From positions 1-27,919 of IMG/VR virus record IMGVR_UViG_3300031454_000242: a DNA stretch of 27,919 nucleotides, one strand, 5' to 3'. The DNA comes from a virus (lineage: Duplodnaviria > Caudoviricetes). The notes under the pieces were generated by a model that worked only from the letters and a program-made list of their open reading frames with translations, was not told the DNA's origin and searched no databases. Positions 9,565-18,008 of this stretch are shown here, in pieces (within the stretch, counting starts at the first letter, position 1; the number at the start of each line of letters is the position of its first letter). The position numbers and the translations under genes were made by a program.

Positions 9565-9641
9565 TGGTTGCGGGGGCAGGATTCGAACCTGCGACCTCCG
9601 GCTTATGGGGCCGGCGAGCTGACCAACTGCTCCACCCCACT
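9565..9641 (-). tRNA. tRNA-Met(CAT), initiator-like, atypical
   Basis: 77-nt cloverleaf AGTGGGG TG GAGC AGTTGGTCA GCTC G CCGGC CCCATAA GCCGG AGGTC GCAGG TTCGAAT CCTGC CCCCGCA ACCA. Encoded CCA; 1:72 mismatch and A11:U24 as in tRNA-fMet; anticodon at 9605-9607. Confidence 0.9.
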
Positions 9642-9650
9642 GCGACAGGA

Positions 9651-9679
9651 CCGGCCAACCAAAGGGGGAGGCTGGCCGG
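9651..9679 (-). terminator. Hairpin between the capsid stop and the tRNA
   Basis: CCGGCCAGCC-loop-GGTTGGCCGG (10 bp including one G-U) about 10 nt after the stop; no U-tract. Confidence 0.45.
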
Positions 9680-9688
9680 CCCCGAGGG

Positions 9689-10696
9689 TTACGCGACGTC
9701 TGCCGAGAACGTGAGGTCAGGGTTCGCCAGGACCGGCAGGGCGATGGCGGCCGCCTTCGTCCAGACCGCTACCGGGTCATCTGACTTGTACGACCCGGCA
9801 ACCACGCCGGGCTCGGACCCGGTCAGGTTGTAGCCCGGCTCGGACGCCTCGGCGGTGACGCCGTAGAGCACGGCACCGAGATCAGCGGAAGTGGCCGGGA
9901 GGAACACCACTCGGTCGTCGGGGATCACCCGGGTGGCCACGCCGTTCACCCGGACCTGTTCGTCGTTGACCACCAGCGGGGGTAGCCCGTAGGCGGCCAT
10001 GGCAGCGTCGATGCCGGTGCGGGTCACGATGCCGGGCGAACCGGCGAGCGAACCGACTGACGTCGAGATCTTGGCGTTGCGCTGGATGAGACCCATGATC
10101 CGGGTCGACACGATCGCTGCGCCGGGAGCTTCACCGTTGGTGGTGGTGTAGGTGGCCACCCATGCCGACAGGTCGTTGATGACGTCCGCGTTGGCCACGG
10201 TGGTCCACGGGGTCGCCGCGGTCACGGTGTGCCCGGCGGCCCGACCGAAGTCGACGGTGGCGACGATGCCGTTCTCGGCGAGCACGATCTTGCCGGTCGA
10301 GAGGGCTTCGCCTCGGGCCAGTTCCATGCGGGCCGCGATGCTGAGCGCCATGCGCTCGGCGTCGCTGAACACCTGGTCCCGGATCGCGCCGTCGGCGTTG
10401 CGGAGACGCAGCGAGTCGTACTCGCCGAGCCGGATCTTGCGGCTGATCGGCGGCAGTTCGCCGGTGACCCGGGTAGCGCCGACCCGGTCCCCGATCGGGG
10501 ATTCGGCGTCGTAGGTCCGGAACGTGGCCGCATCGGCGAGGCCACCGCCACCGGCCTGGAACCGGTACAGCAGGTCGTTGACGGGCCGCGACGGCAGGTA
10601 GGCGGAGAGGGCGAAACGGTTGGCTTCGCTGTCAGCGAGGCTGGCCCGGACGTAGCCGGTGAGCTCCGCGGGGTCGATGAGATCGGAGAGGCGCAT
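9689..10696 (-). CDS. Major capsid protein (lambda gpE-like family)
   Basis: 335 aa; A.FRTYDAESPIG, GELPPISRKIRLGEYD, ARMELARGEAL..GK, VDFGR and DPVAVWTKAAAIALPVL motifs. Confidence 0.92.
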   Translation of the reverse strand: MRLSDLIDPAELTGYVRASLADSEANRFALSAYLPSRPVNDLLYRFQAGGGGLADAATFRTYDAESPIGDRVGATRVTGELPPISRKIRLGEYDSLRLRNADGAIRDQVFSDAERMALSIAARMELARGEALSTGKIVLAENGIVATVDFGRAAGHTVTAATPWTTVANADVINDLSAWVATYTTTNGEAPGAAIVSTRIMGLIQRNAKISTSVGSLAGSPGIVTRTGIDAAMAAYGLPPLVVNDEQVRVNGVATRVIPDDRVVFLPATSADLGAVLYGVTAEASEPGYNLTGSEPGVVAGSYKSDDPVAVWTKAAAIALPVLANPDLTFSADVA

Positions 10697-10707
10697 GGTT
10701 CAGGCTC

Positions 10708-11097
10708 CTAGGCGAAGATGATCCGGCCAGCGACGTCGGCCTTACCGGCGGCGTCGACAGCGATGGGCAGGAGGGCTTCGACCACGCGGCCGTGCTCGTA
10801 GAGCGGGCCTTGTACGTCGACGGTGGTCGGCGACCCAGGCTTCACGTCGACGAACAGGAACCCGGCGAGGGTCTCGGCACCGTTCGTTGCGGCGTTGTCG
10901 TAGGGGCCGTAGATCCCGGTGGCGGTGATGCGGCCGAGTGGGGTCCCGGAGCGGAGGTAGCCGTCGGGGTAGTGGGTGCCGGCGGTGAACGCCGAGGTGT
11001 CGAGCGTGATGGTGCGGCACGAGCTGGTGCCGTGCTCGGAGCCCAACCACGACTGCTTGTCGGTGGTGAAGCTCTCCTTGCGGGTCGTGAGATCCAT
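10708..11097 (-). CDS. Head decoration protein
   Basis: ITLD...YPDGYLRSGTPLGRITATGIYGPYD...GFL...HGRV...LP; directly upstream of the capsid gene. Confidence 0.85.
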   Translation of the reverse strand: MDLTTRKESFTTDKQSWLGSEHGTSSCRTITLDTSAFTAGTHYPDGYLRSGTPLGRITATGIYGPYDNAATNGAETLAGFLFVDVKPGSPTTVDVQGPLYEHGRVVEALLPIAVDAAGKADVAGRIIFA

Positions 11098-11115
11098 TGC
11101 CTGGTGTTCTCCTGG

Positions 11116-11724
11116 TTAGGCGGCGGTGGTGTGACGGGACTTGTAGAGGTCGCGACCGGCTTCGACACCGGTCTTGGTTCCGCCTCCGCCGACGGGCGTG
11201 CGGGGCGGGATGATGCCGACAGCCGGGGCGGCCTGACCGGCGGGCAGGAACAGGGAGGGCAGCCGTTCGGCGAGCGCCTTGACCTCAGCGCCGAGGTCAT
11301 CGGCGCCGGTGTCGATGAGCCGGAGCCCGTCGGTGAGCAGCGCCGGGTTGAGCCCGGCAGCGAGGAGCGCCTGGGTGGCGTCCGCCTGAGCCTGGACCGT
11401 GGCGGTCTTCGCTTCGGCGGCGACCGTCTTGGCGTCGGCGTCGACCTTCTCAGCCTTGAGCCGGTCGATCTCCTCCATGCCCGCCCGCTTGGCTTCCGCG
11501 TCCTGCGCGGCCAGGTAGGCGCCGATCTCCTGCTCCTTGGCCGTCGCCGCGGTCCGGGATGCCTGAGCGACCCTGCCTTGGACGATCTGGTCGAGGTGGG
11601 CCTGTTGCTCGGCGGTGAACACCACGGCCTGCGGGACACCACCGCTGCCACTCTCGGACGCGGACGCGTCGTCGATGGTGGCGAGGTGGCGGTCCAGTGG
11701 GCTGCGGCGCAGGTTGTCGAGCAT
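11116..11724 (-). CDS. Capsid scaffolding protein
   Basis: FTAEQQAHLDQIVQGRVA, an Ala/Glu/Lys coiled coil and P.LF near the C-terminus; upstream of the decoration and capsid genes. Confidence 0.82.
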   Translation of the reverse strand: MLDNLRRSPLDRHLATIDDASASESGSGGVPQAVVFTAEQQAHLDQIVQGRVAQASRTAATAKEQEIGAYLAAQDAEAKRAGMEEIDRLKAEKVDADAKTVAAEAKTATVQAQADATQALLAAGLNPALLTDGLRLIDTGADDLGAEVKALAERLPSLFLPAGQAAPAVGIIPPRTPVGGGGTKTGVEAGRDLYKSRHTTAA

Positions 11725-11854
11725 CGGTGCTGTCTCCGTTGGTTGCTTGCCCCCGCTTCACGGCTGCGGGTGGTGCCGCCCGGCCAGGAGAGGCCGGTCG
11801 GGGCGAAGCGTGCGGGCCGGTCGACGGGATGGCCCGGATGCAGGAGACTGAGGC

Positions 11855-12097
11855 ATGGCCGATGCGCTCGACAGCCTCCACACCGCCGTCGCTGGGATCA
11901 CCGCCCTCTACGCCGAAGGCGACCCGTCGGAGATCCTCAGCGCCGTCCTCGTTGCCCCGACCTCGGTCGATCAGGCTGCGATCGCATCGGCGCTGACGCT
12001 TCTAGCGTCCCGTGCGATGCACGAGATCGACCGGCTGGATGGTGAGGGAGCGGGCGTGGAGTGGCTGCAGGCAGAGGCGCTCCGGCTGGAGCAGTAA
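11855..12097 (+). CDS. Small hypothetical protein on the opposite strand
   Basis: 80-aa ORF with GGAG/GAGG upstream, occupying an otherwise empty gap; convergent with 12115-12474. Confidence 0.6.
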   Translation: MADALDSLHTAVAGITALYAEGDPSEILSAVLVAPTSVDQAAIASALTLLASRAMHEIDRLDGEGAGVEWLQAEALRLEQ

Positions 12098-12114
12098 CTA
12101 CTCGCGGCCAGCGG

Positions 12115-12474
12115 TCAGGCTGCGGGAGCAATGCCGGGGCGTGAACCAACGAGCCACAGATCCCGCTTGTAGATGCGCTCGTAGACGCGAACCTCTTTGA
12201 TCACGTCACGGTCGCCGTCGAGCGGCATGATCTCCAGTCCGGCGGGCACGTCCGACCAGGTCATCCACAGATCCCACGCCGGGACCTCTTCGTGGACCAG
12301 GCCGCTGAGCGCCCACGCCATCGACGGGCTGTCCGAGTAGCAGACGTAGGGCGGCTTCCATGCCCCGTCCACTGACCGGCTTGACGGGCACAGGCCGCGC
12401 CGCTCGATGCCGTTCCGGCGGCTCGACGGGGACCAGTGGTAGAGGAGTACCGGCCCCTCGTAAAGGTTCCTCAC
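12115..12474 (-). CDS. Putative ADP-ribosyltransferase-fold protein (Tpt1/KptA-like motif layout)
   Basis: GTG start overlaps the upstream TGA. LLYHWSPSSRRNGIERRGLCP...YVCYS...A...KEVRVYERI parallels the LYHGT...I...GL.P...S...E layout of ART-fold enzymes. Confidence 0.55.
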   Translation of the reverse strand: MRNLYEGPVLLYHWSPSSRRNGIERRGLCPSSRSVDGAWKPPYVCYSDSPSMAWALSGLVHEEVPAWDLWMTWSDVPAGLEIMPLDGDRDVIKEVRVYERIYKRDLWLVGSRPGIAPAA

Positions 12475-12791
12475 TCGTCGGGCTCGGTGAAGATCAGGTC
12501 GTCGCTGTATCGGATCTCGCGCAGGGTGCTGGCCACGAGTCCTTCGGTTCCCCACGCGGTTCCGCACCGAAGATGGGACTTCCCGGAGTCACCGTCGATG
12601 TCAACCCACCCGGCGATCACAACGCACTCGGCGACGATGCCCCCATCGGGTGGCCCGTACTCGGACCCGGCCAGAACCTCTTGGACGGCGTCGCGCATCC
12701 GGCGCTTCAAGTTGTCGTGCTCGTCGCTCACGTCCGCACCCATCGCCGTGCCAGCGGTGACCACTGCCCGCACCAGACCCGCCGACCCCAC
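12471..12791 (-). CDS. Small acidic hypothetical protein (start uncertain, possibly 12743)
   Basis: ORF coupled by GTGA to the ART-like gene. Confidence 0.6.
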   Translation of the reverse strand: MGSAGLVRAVVTAGTAMGADVSDEHDNLKRRMRDAVQEVLAGSEYGPPDGGIVAECVVIAGWVDIDGDSGKSHLRCGTAWGTEGLVASTLREIRYSDDLIFTEPDE

Positions 12792-12855
12792 GGTGCAGTC
12801 AACGGCACATCCCAGGCGATCACCGTGGCTCGACGGGCCGCCCAGCGGAGGAAGG

Positions 12856-14736
12856 TCACGGCAGGTCGATCACCGGAGGCGCCGCCGGCGGATCGGGCAA
12901 CGTCACGCCTAGACGCTCAGCGGCGGCCGATTCGCTTCCCGTTGCATCAGCGACCGCCCGGGCAGCCTCCGGATCCTCGCTGTAGATGCGTTGCACCTCG
13001 GCTTGGGCGTCGTCGATGTTGTAGCCCGCAGCAATCAGCATCCCCACGGCGGTCTGCGTGGAGATCGCATGCGCAACAAGCCCGGCAGTGACCGCCTCCA
13101 TGACCTGCACCTGGTCGGTCGGCAGGAACGCCCCGTACCGGATGCGTGTCATCGGGGTCGGCCCCGGGTCGAGGACCCCTGTGACCTGGGCCATGCGCTG
13201 CCCCATCTTGAGCAGCAGGCTGTCCTTCGGTGCCCGGGTGGCTCGCAGGTTCCCGACCACGGAGATCGCCGGGGCCAACTCGAGGAGCTTGCGAATCCCG
13301 GACTCGGCGCCGCCGGTGGCACGGGCCCGGCCTACCAGTTCACCGATGCCGAGCGACACACCAATGCGCCCCTCGATCGAGGCGCCCAGCGCCATGAGTT
13401 GGGGAAGCCCGGCGGACAGGTCCAGGGTGTGCATGACGCCGGTGGCGCCGAGCCCGTGGATCATGCCCGGCATGACCTGCGCGTCCGTGCCAACGTCGAC
13501 ACCGCTGGCCCACACGGCGGGCTTCCCCAAGAACTGGGCGCCCTTCATGGTCAACGTGTCGACCATGGCCAAATCGTCGAAGGCCCGCACCGCCAGGTCG
13601 CAGAGGGCCCGGCCATAGTGCTCGCGTCCCGTCGGCGTGTTGGGCCGATGGATGACCGGGATGAAGTCGATGCCCATGTCGTAGCGGTGGGCGGTGACGG
13701 TACGGGCCTCGGTGATGTCGAGGGCGAACGGTTCACCGGCCTGCACCGCGGAGAGTTCCCATGTGGCGTCGCTGAACAGGCAGGTGACGTCGGTGTCCTC
13801 GCCGTCTGTGTGCCACGGCAAGGTGCGGCGGATGATCCCGTCGGCACCGACACGTTCGGTCGGGGGCAGGGTCAGGGCCTCGCCTTCACGCAGTGGCGTC
13901 CCGTCGGGACCGACCCAGACCGGGACCCCGTCGACTTCGGTGGCACGGGTGGCGGTGATCGGGACGAGCTGCCATGTGAGGCGACGCACGAACCGTTCCG
14001 TCCGGCCAGCAGTCGTCTCGTCGAACTCCCAGGCGACGTGAACCACGTCAGGGAAGTCGACCTGGTCGCCGTTGGCTGGGATCTCCGGGAAGTAGAAGCC
14101 GGGGTCGTAGACCTGCACGGTCGGCCACCCGCCGGGACGGGGCCACAGGGCGATGATCCCGTCGCCGAGGGTGACCGCGTCGTCCTCGGCTTCCTGCAGC
14201 GTTAGGAGCAGCTGTACCCGGTCAGCCCATTCGCGGATCGCTTCCTGGCGGGCACGCAGCGACGGCGACGATTCCAGTCGGGCCGTCCAGTCGGCGACGG
14301 CGGCGTCGGCTTCGACAGCCCACGCAGCCATGCGGGCCGTGTGGACCTGGTCGTGGACGGCGTCGACCGTGGTGTCACCGGTCGGCGGGGTCGCCTGCGG
14401 GACATCAGGCAGGACGGGCCCGTCGAGGGGGTCGTCGTCGGCGCCGTCGACGGTGATCGTCTGGGTGTCACCTCGCAGCGCGGCGACCATGCGGGCGCAG
14501 TACAGGGCGGGGTCGCCGTACTCGCGGTGCGCCCGGTTCGCTTCGGGGCCGCCGGGCATGTGCCGCCACCCCTGGTTCGATGCGAGCGCTCGGCGGATCA
14601 GGTAGGCGCCGATGCGGCGAGCCTCGGATGCGGGTACCCATGTGTGGGCGAGGCGGAGCGGGCCACCGGTGTGCGGGGTGAGCTTGCGGTCCAACGGCGA
14701 GAACTGGTCGAGGGGTTCTTGGCCGGGGAGGGTCAC
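12856..14736 (-). CDS. Portal protein
   Basis: About 626 aa. WVPASEARRIGAY, DAVTLGDG, YDPGFYFP, DFIPVIHRPN and HYGR motifs; lies between terminase and scaffold. Start re-called at GTG 14736 to avoid overlap with the HTH gene. Confidence 0.85.
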   Translation of the reverse strand: MTLPGQEPLDQFSPLDRKLTPHTGGPLRLAHTWVPASEARRIGAYLIRRALASNQGWRHMPGGPEANRAHREYGDPALYCARMVAALRGDTQTITVDGADDDPLDGPVLPDVPQATPPTGDTTVDAVHDQVHTARMAAWAVEADAAVADWTARLESSPSLRARQEAIREWADRVQLLLTLQEAEDDAVTLGDGIIALWPRPGGWPTVQVYDPGFYFPEIPANGDQVDFPDVVHVAWEFDETTAGRTERFVRRLTWQLVPITATRATEVDGVPVWVGPDGTPLREGEALTLPPTERVGADGIIRRTLPWHTDGEDTDVTCLFSDATWELSAVQAGEPFALDITEARTVTAHRYDMGIDFIPVIHRPNTPTGREHYGRALCDLAVRAFDDLAMVDTLTMKGAQFLGKPAVWASGVDVGTDAQVMPGMIHGLGATGVMHTLDLSAGLPQLMALGASIEGRIGVSLGIGELVGRARATGGAESGIRKLLELAPAISVVGNLRATRAPKDSLLLKMGQRMAQVTGVLDPGPTPMTRIRYGAFLPTDQVQVMEAVTAGLVAHAISTQTAVGMLIAAGYNIDDAQAEVQRIYSEDPEAARAVADATGSESAAAERLGVTLPDPPAAPPVIDLP

Positions 14737-14785
14737 CGTGCGACACCACCCGGTCAACCCGTCATCAGGTCGGATGCAGCCGGAG

Positions 14786-14992
14786 CTACCCGGTGAGCCG
14801 ACCCGTAGCGGCGAGCCATGCGGTGACATCGCTCCAGTTCCACGCCGGACGGTTGCCGACGATCCAGCGCGGCGGAGGGAACGGCGGGTCGGTCGGGCCT
14901 CTGGGGCCGCGCCACCAGTCGACGGTACGGCGGGCCACGCCTGCCCGAGCGGCGATCTCAGGGATACCGACCGGGTCGCAGGCCCGGGTCAT
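14786..14992 (-). CDS. Small HTH DNA-binding protein (AlpA/excisionase-like)
   Basis: VGIPEIAARAGVARRTVDWWR...FPPP...PAWNWSDVTAWL. Confidence 0.8.
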   Translation of the reverse strand: MTRACDPVGIPEIAARAGVARRTVDWWRGPRGPTDPPFPPPRWIVGNRPAWNWSDVTAWLAATGRLTG

Positions 14993-15444
14993 GCCGCGGG
15001 CGCGCCTTCGTCCATGACGTAGATGGAGACGGTGCGGAGGATCGTCGCTGCCTCCTGCATCGAGGCCAAGGCCTGAGGGCCGACACGGTTATAGCTCTCT
15101 GCCCGGACTTGGTGGTCGACCTGCTTCTCCAGCGACACCGCTGCGTGTTCCATGAGGTTGCGGAGCATCGTGGCCTTGCTCGGGATCGCCGTCTCAGTGG
15201 CATCGGTGATGGCCTGCTGGATCTCATCGGAGGTCACTGTGGCTACCGCTGCGAGGTAGGTCTTGCGCTCGTCTGGGTCCATGGCGTCGTCGATGCGAAG
15301 CATTTCATCCAGCTCTTCCAGCCCCCCGTAGAGGTCGGTAAGGCGAACGCAGGTGGCGTGGGAACGTCCGCCGCCTCGGGTGTCGGCACGGCGCTGGCCT
15401 GGTTTCATGGGGCGGTCGCAGACGGCGCAAGGTTCCATGCTCAT
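14989..15444 (-). CDS. Hypothetical protein with N-terminal CxxC...HxxC motif
   Basis: Start re-called at ATG 15444 (ATGA overlap); coupled to genes on both sides. Confidence 0.65.
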   Translation of the reverse strand: MSMEPCAVCDRPMKPGQRRADTRGGGRSHATCVRLTDLYGGLEELDEMLRIDDAMDPDERKTYLAAVATVTSDEIQQAITDATETAIPSKATMLRNLMEHAAVSLEKQVDHQVRAESYNRVGPQALASMQEAATILRTVSIYVMDEGAPAA

Positions 15445-15653
15445 GCCGCCAGCCCGTTGACGTAGCCGTACTGCATGAGCCGCCGGTAGGGGCGGGTCAA
15501 CGCCTCGGGCGCCGCCGCGTCGATACCCACGAAGCCGTCGGGGAACCGGCGCACCCACCCGTCGGCCTCCAGCGCCCGACCCAGGAGGTCGAGGTCCCGG
15601 TCGAAGCACTCTTGCTGACTGATGGTGGCGGAAGGAACGGTCGCGGTGGGCAT
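15441..15653 (-). CDS. Hypothetical protein (probably leaderless)
   Basis: 70-aa ORF whose ATG lies 6 nt after a -10 hexamer. Confidence 0.65.
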   Translation of the reverse strand: MPTATVPSATISQQECFDRDLDLLGRALEADGWVRRFPDGFVGIDAAAPEALTRPYRRLMQYGYVNGLAA

Positions 15654-15659
15654 GCCGTT

Positions 15660-15703
15660 ACCCTACATCATGTCGGGAGTCGAGTCCAGCACTAATGTCG
15701 GGA
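15660..15703 (-). promoter_or_regulatory. SigA-like promoter with two TCCCGACAT direct repeats
   Basis: TGGACT (15683-15688)-17 nt-TAGGGT (15660-15665)-6 nt-ATG; repeats at 15670-15678 and 15695-15703. Confidence 0.65.
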
Positions 15704-15721
15704 TCACGTGCAGCCGCCGGG

Positions 15722-17125
15722 CTACTCGGTGAGCGAGTCGCGGTACGGGGCCGACGTGACCGGACCGGTGTCACCCAACATCAGCTCAGTCAACGCCCAC
15801 ACAAGCGCATCCAGACGGTCCGGGGAATCACCATCATCAGGCGACCACGTCGTCAGCTGCTCTTCAAGATTGGGGAACGTCCCGAGATGGCTGACCTTGC
15901 CGGCCTCGTAGAGCGCAGCGATCGGCTCCGCCCGCGTCACCTTGCCCCGCGATGCCCACACGGTTTGCACCGGCACCTGGGCGTCAACCGCCTTGAGGAC
16001 AGCGGTGACCATGTCGCCGCCGTTGTTGCGTTCGGCGACGATCCGATCCGCCTGGTGGTCCCGGTAGGCCTGCACGGCTCGGCGCCCCCACCCGTCGGGC
16101 GACAGTTGACAGGACCGGTCGGCCAGGACGTAACCGCGCCCGTCGGCTCCCTTGCCGGCGACGACGATCCCGGTCTCATCGGAGTCGGTCTTCGCTGACG
16201 CCGCCGGGTCGACAGCGACCACGACCCGGACCAGACCGCCGGCGAGGTGTTCGCTGCCCGGTGCCCGCCGGTGCGGTTCGATCCAGTCCCAATCCCAGAG
16301 GGTGCCTTCGATGCGGTCGATGGCATCCCAGTCGCCGAAGCCCACGGCTTCGCGCAGCGCCCGGTTCGAGATGCCGGCCAGCATGCGAGCCCGGTAGCCG
16401 GGGTCGCGGGCCATGAGTGCCGGGTTGTCCTCCAGCAGGGACGGCACGAACACGCGGCGCACCGGTGTCTGGTCTTCGACCTTCGGGACCGCGGACCACA
16501 CGTCGCCCGACTTGGGCACGACCGGGCCGACGACATCTTCGGGTTGGGGCCGCACCCATCGCCGCTTCACCCAACGGTGACCGGGCCCGCCGGGGTTCGT
16601 GGTGGCCACCATGTGGGCCCGGATGCCGGGCGCCGGTGCCCGCAGCCGGGTGGTCAGGAACTCCCACTGCGACTCGACGAACTCGGTGACCTCTTCGAAG
16701 CCGATGACCCCGTACTCGGCGCCTTGGTAGTTGTGGACCGAGGTGGCGTGTTCGAGATGCCCGAACTCGAGGATGGACCCGTTGGGCCACGTGAACGTGT
16801 GATCGTTGCGGTTCGGTTTGGTACGCCCGGCAAGCAGTGTTTCGGCGCGGGGCAGCAGTGTGCGGGCGAGGCGGGGCATGGTGCGGCGCAGGACAAGACC
16901 GCGGTTGCCGGGGTGGGCTTCCATTTCGGCGATGACGTGGAGCAGCAGCCACCACGATTTGCCGCCACCGACTGACCCACCGAAGAGCAGCTCATCGACC
17001 TGGCTGGACAGGTCTTCGGCGAGGGCCTGCTTCGGTTGGGCGACGACGTCGTAGTCGGCCCAGATCGTGGCAGCGTCGATGGTCGGCGGGTCGAGGAGGG
17101 CGGCGAGGCGGTGGGCGACGGTCAC
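15722..17125 (-). CDS. terL: Terminase large subunit
   Basis: Walker A GGSVGGGKS, Walker B IGFEE, TTNPGG motif, nuclease motifs AVDPA and SPDRLDALVWA. Confidence 0.96.
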   Translation of the reverse strand: MTVAHRLAALLDPPTIDAATIWADYDVVAQPKQALAEDLSSQVDELLFGGSVGGGKSWWLLLHVIAEMEAHPGNRGLVLRRTMPRLARTLLPRAETLLAGRTKPNRNDHTFTWPNGSILEFGHLEHATSVHNYQGAEYGVIGFEEVTEFVESQWEFLTTRLRAPAPGIRAHMVATTNPGGPGHRWVKRRWVRPQPEDVVGPVVPKSGDVWSAVPKVEDQTPVRRVFVPSLLEDNPALMARDPGYRARMLAGISNRALREAVGFGDWDAIDRIEGTLWDWDWIEPHRRAPGSEHLAGGLVRVVVAVDPAASAKTDSDETGIVVAGKGADGRGYVLADRSCQLSPDGWGRRAVQAYRDHQADRIVAERNNGGDMVTAVLKAVDAQVPVQTVWASRGKVTRAEPIAALYEAGKVSHLGTFPNLEEQLTTWSPDDGDSPDRLDALVWALTELMLGDTGPVTSAPYRDSLTE

Positions 17126-17811
17126 GTTTCAACACCTTCGGCGGGGAGGGCGCGCAGCCGGGCGGCGATCGCGGCACGCACCGCGGGGGAGTCGACCCCG
17201 GCGTCGGCGAGAGCGGCGAGCACCGCAGCGAAGTGCAGCTGCGCGGTGATCTCTTCGACGTTGGCGATCCGGTCGCCGATGTCAACCTTGGCCATGTCGA
17301 CGAGCAGACCCCGGTACTGACCGACGAGCCGTTCGTAGAGCTTCACGTACGGGTGGATGTCGTAGCCAGCCGGCGAGACGAGCAGGGGTGAGTCGAGCTC
17401 GGCCACCATGTCGAGCGCCGCGTCCTTAGCTTGTTCGAGCTCGCCGGCCAGGCGGGCCAGAGCGATAGTAGGGTCGCGGATCTCGCGCCGATTGTCGATG
17501 TCACCGAGGCGCCGCTTCAAGACCTTCTCGGCTTCGATGGCGGCGATGCGCTGTTGCGCCCCGGCTTTGGCCTGCGGCGTGTTGCCGCCGTGCTTGTAGC
17601 AGACGAGCTGACCGACCATCGGCGTCGACCGGCACGGGTTCCCGCGTGTGCCTTGGTCACCGCGGCTGTCCTTGGTGTGGCCGCGGCAGCGTTCATGGAT
17701 CTCACCGCACACCTGACTCGGCCGTTGCGGTGCGTCGGCGGGCCGAACATAGGTGCATGCGATGCCGTGGTAGGAGTCGATGACCCGCTGGACCGGGGCG
17801 CCGAAGGTCAC
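17122..17811 (-). CDS. Probable terminase small subunit (HGGxSTG-like motif)
   Basis: C...VCYKHGGNTPQ motif followed by a helical region; coupled to terL. Start re-called at GTG 17811 (GTGA overlap). Confidence 0.7.
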   Translation of the reverse strand: MTFGAPVQRVIDSYHGIACTYVRPADAPQRPSQVCGEIHERCRGHTKDSRGDQGTRGNPCRSTPMVGQLVCYKHGGNTPQAKAGAQQRIAAIEAEKVLKRRLGDIDNRREIRDPTIALARLAGELEQAKDAALDMVAELDSPLLVSPAGYDIHPYVKLYERLVGQYRGLLVDMAKVDIGDRIANVEEITAQLHFAAVLAALADAGVDSPAVRAAIAARLRALPAEGVET

Positions 17812-18008
17812 GATGCCCGCCGTTTCGAGCGAGGCCCGTCGAGCGGGTGACCGAGGTGAAGTTGCTGGCAGTGCGGGCAGCGATAAACCCCGAGCTTGGT
17901 CCTGCCGTAGCCGCGCATCTCCTTCACCACGGCCCGTGCCTCGGAGCGGGTGGCGTGGACGCGTTTGCCGTGACACTGGCGCTCCGGGTCGCCGACGAAG
18001 CCGGTCAA
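17808..18008 (-). CDS. Small Zn-finger protein
   Basis: C.GK...A...YRCPHCQQLHLGH, a pattern common in actinophage small proteins; TTGA overlap with the upstream gene. Confidence 0.7.
   Translation of the reverse strand: MTGFVGDPERQCHGKRVHATRSEARAVVKEMRGYGRTKLGVYRCPHCQQLHLGHPLDGPRSKRRAS

Noticed and set aside
9565-9641. tRNA as an attachment-site remnant or prophage boundary
   Set aside because: It is full length, lies mid-structural operon with continuous phage genes on both sides, and no integrase or duplicated 3' end is visible.
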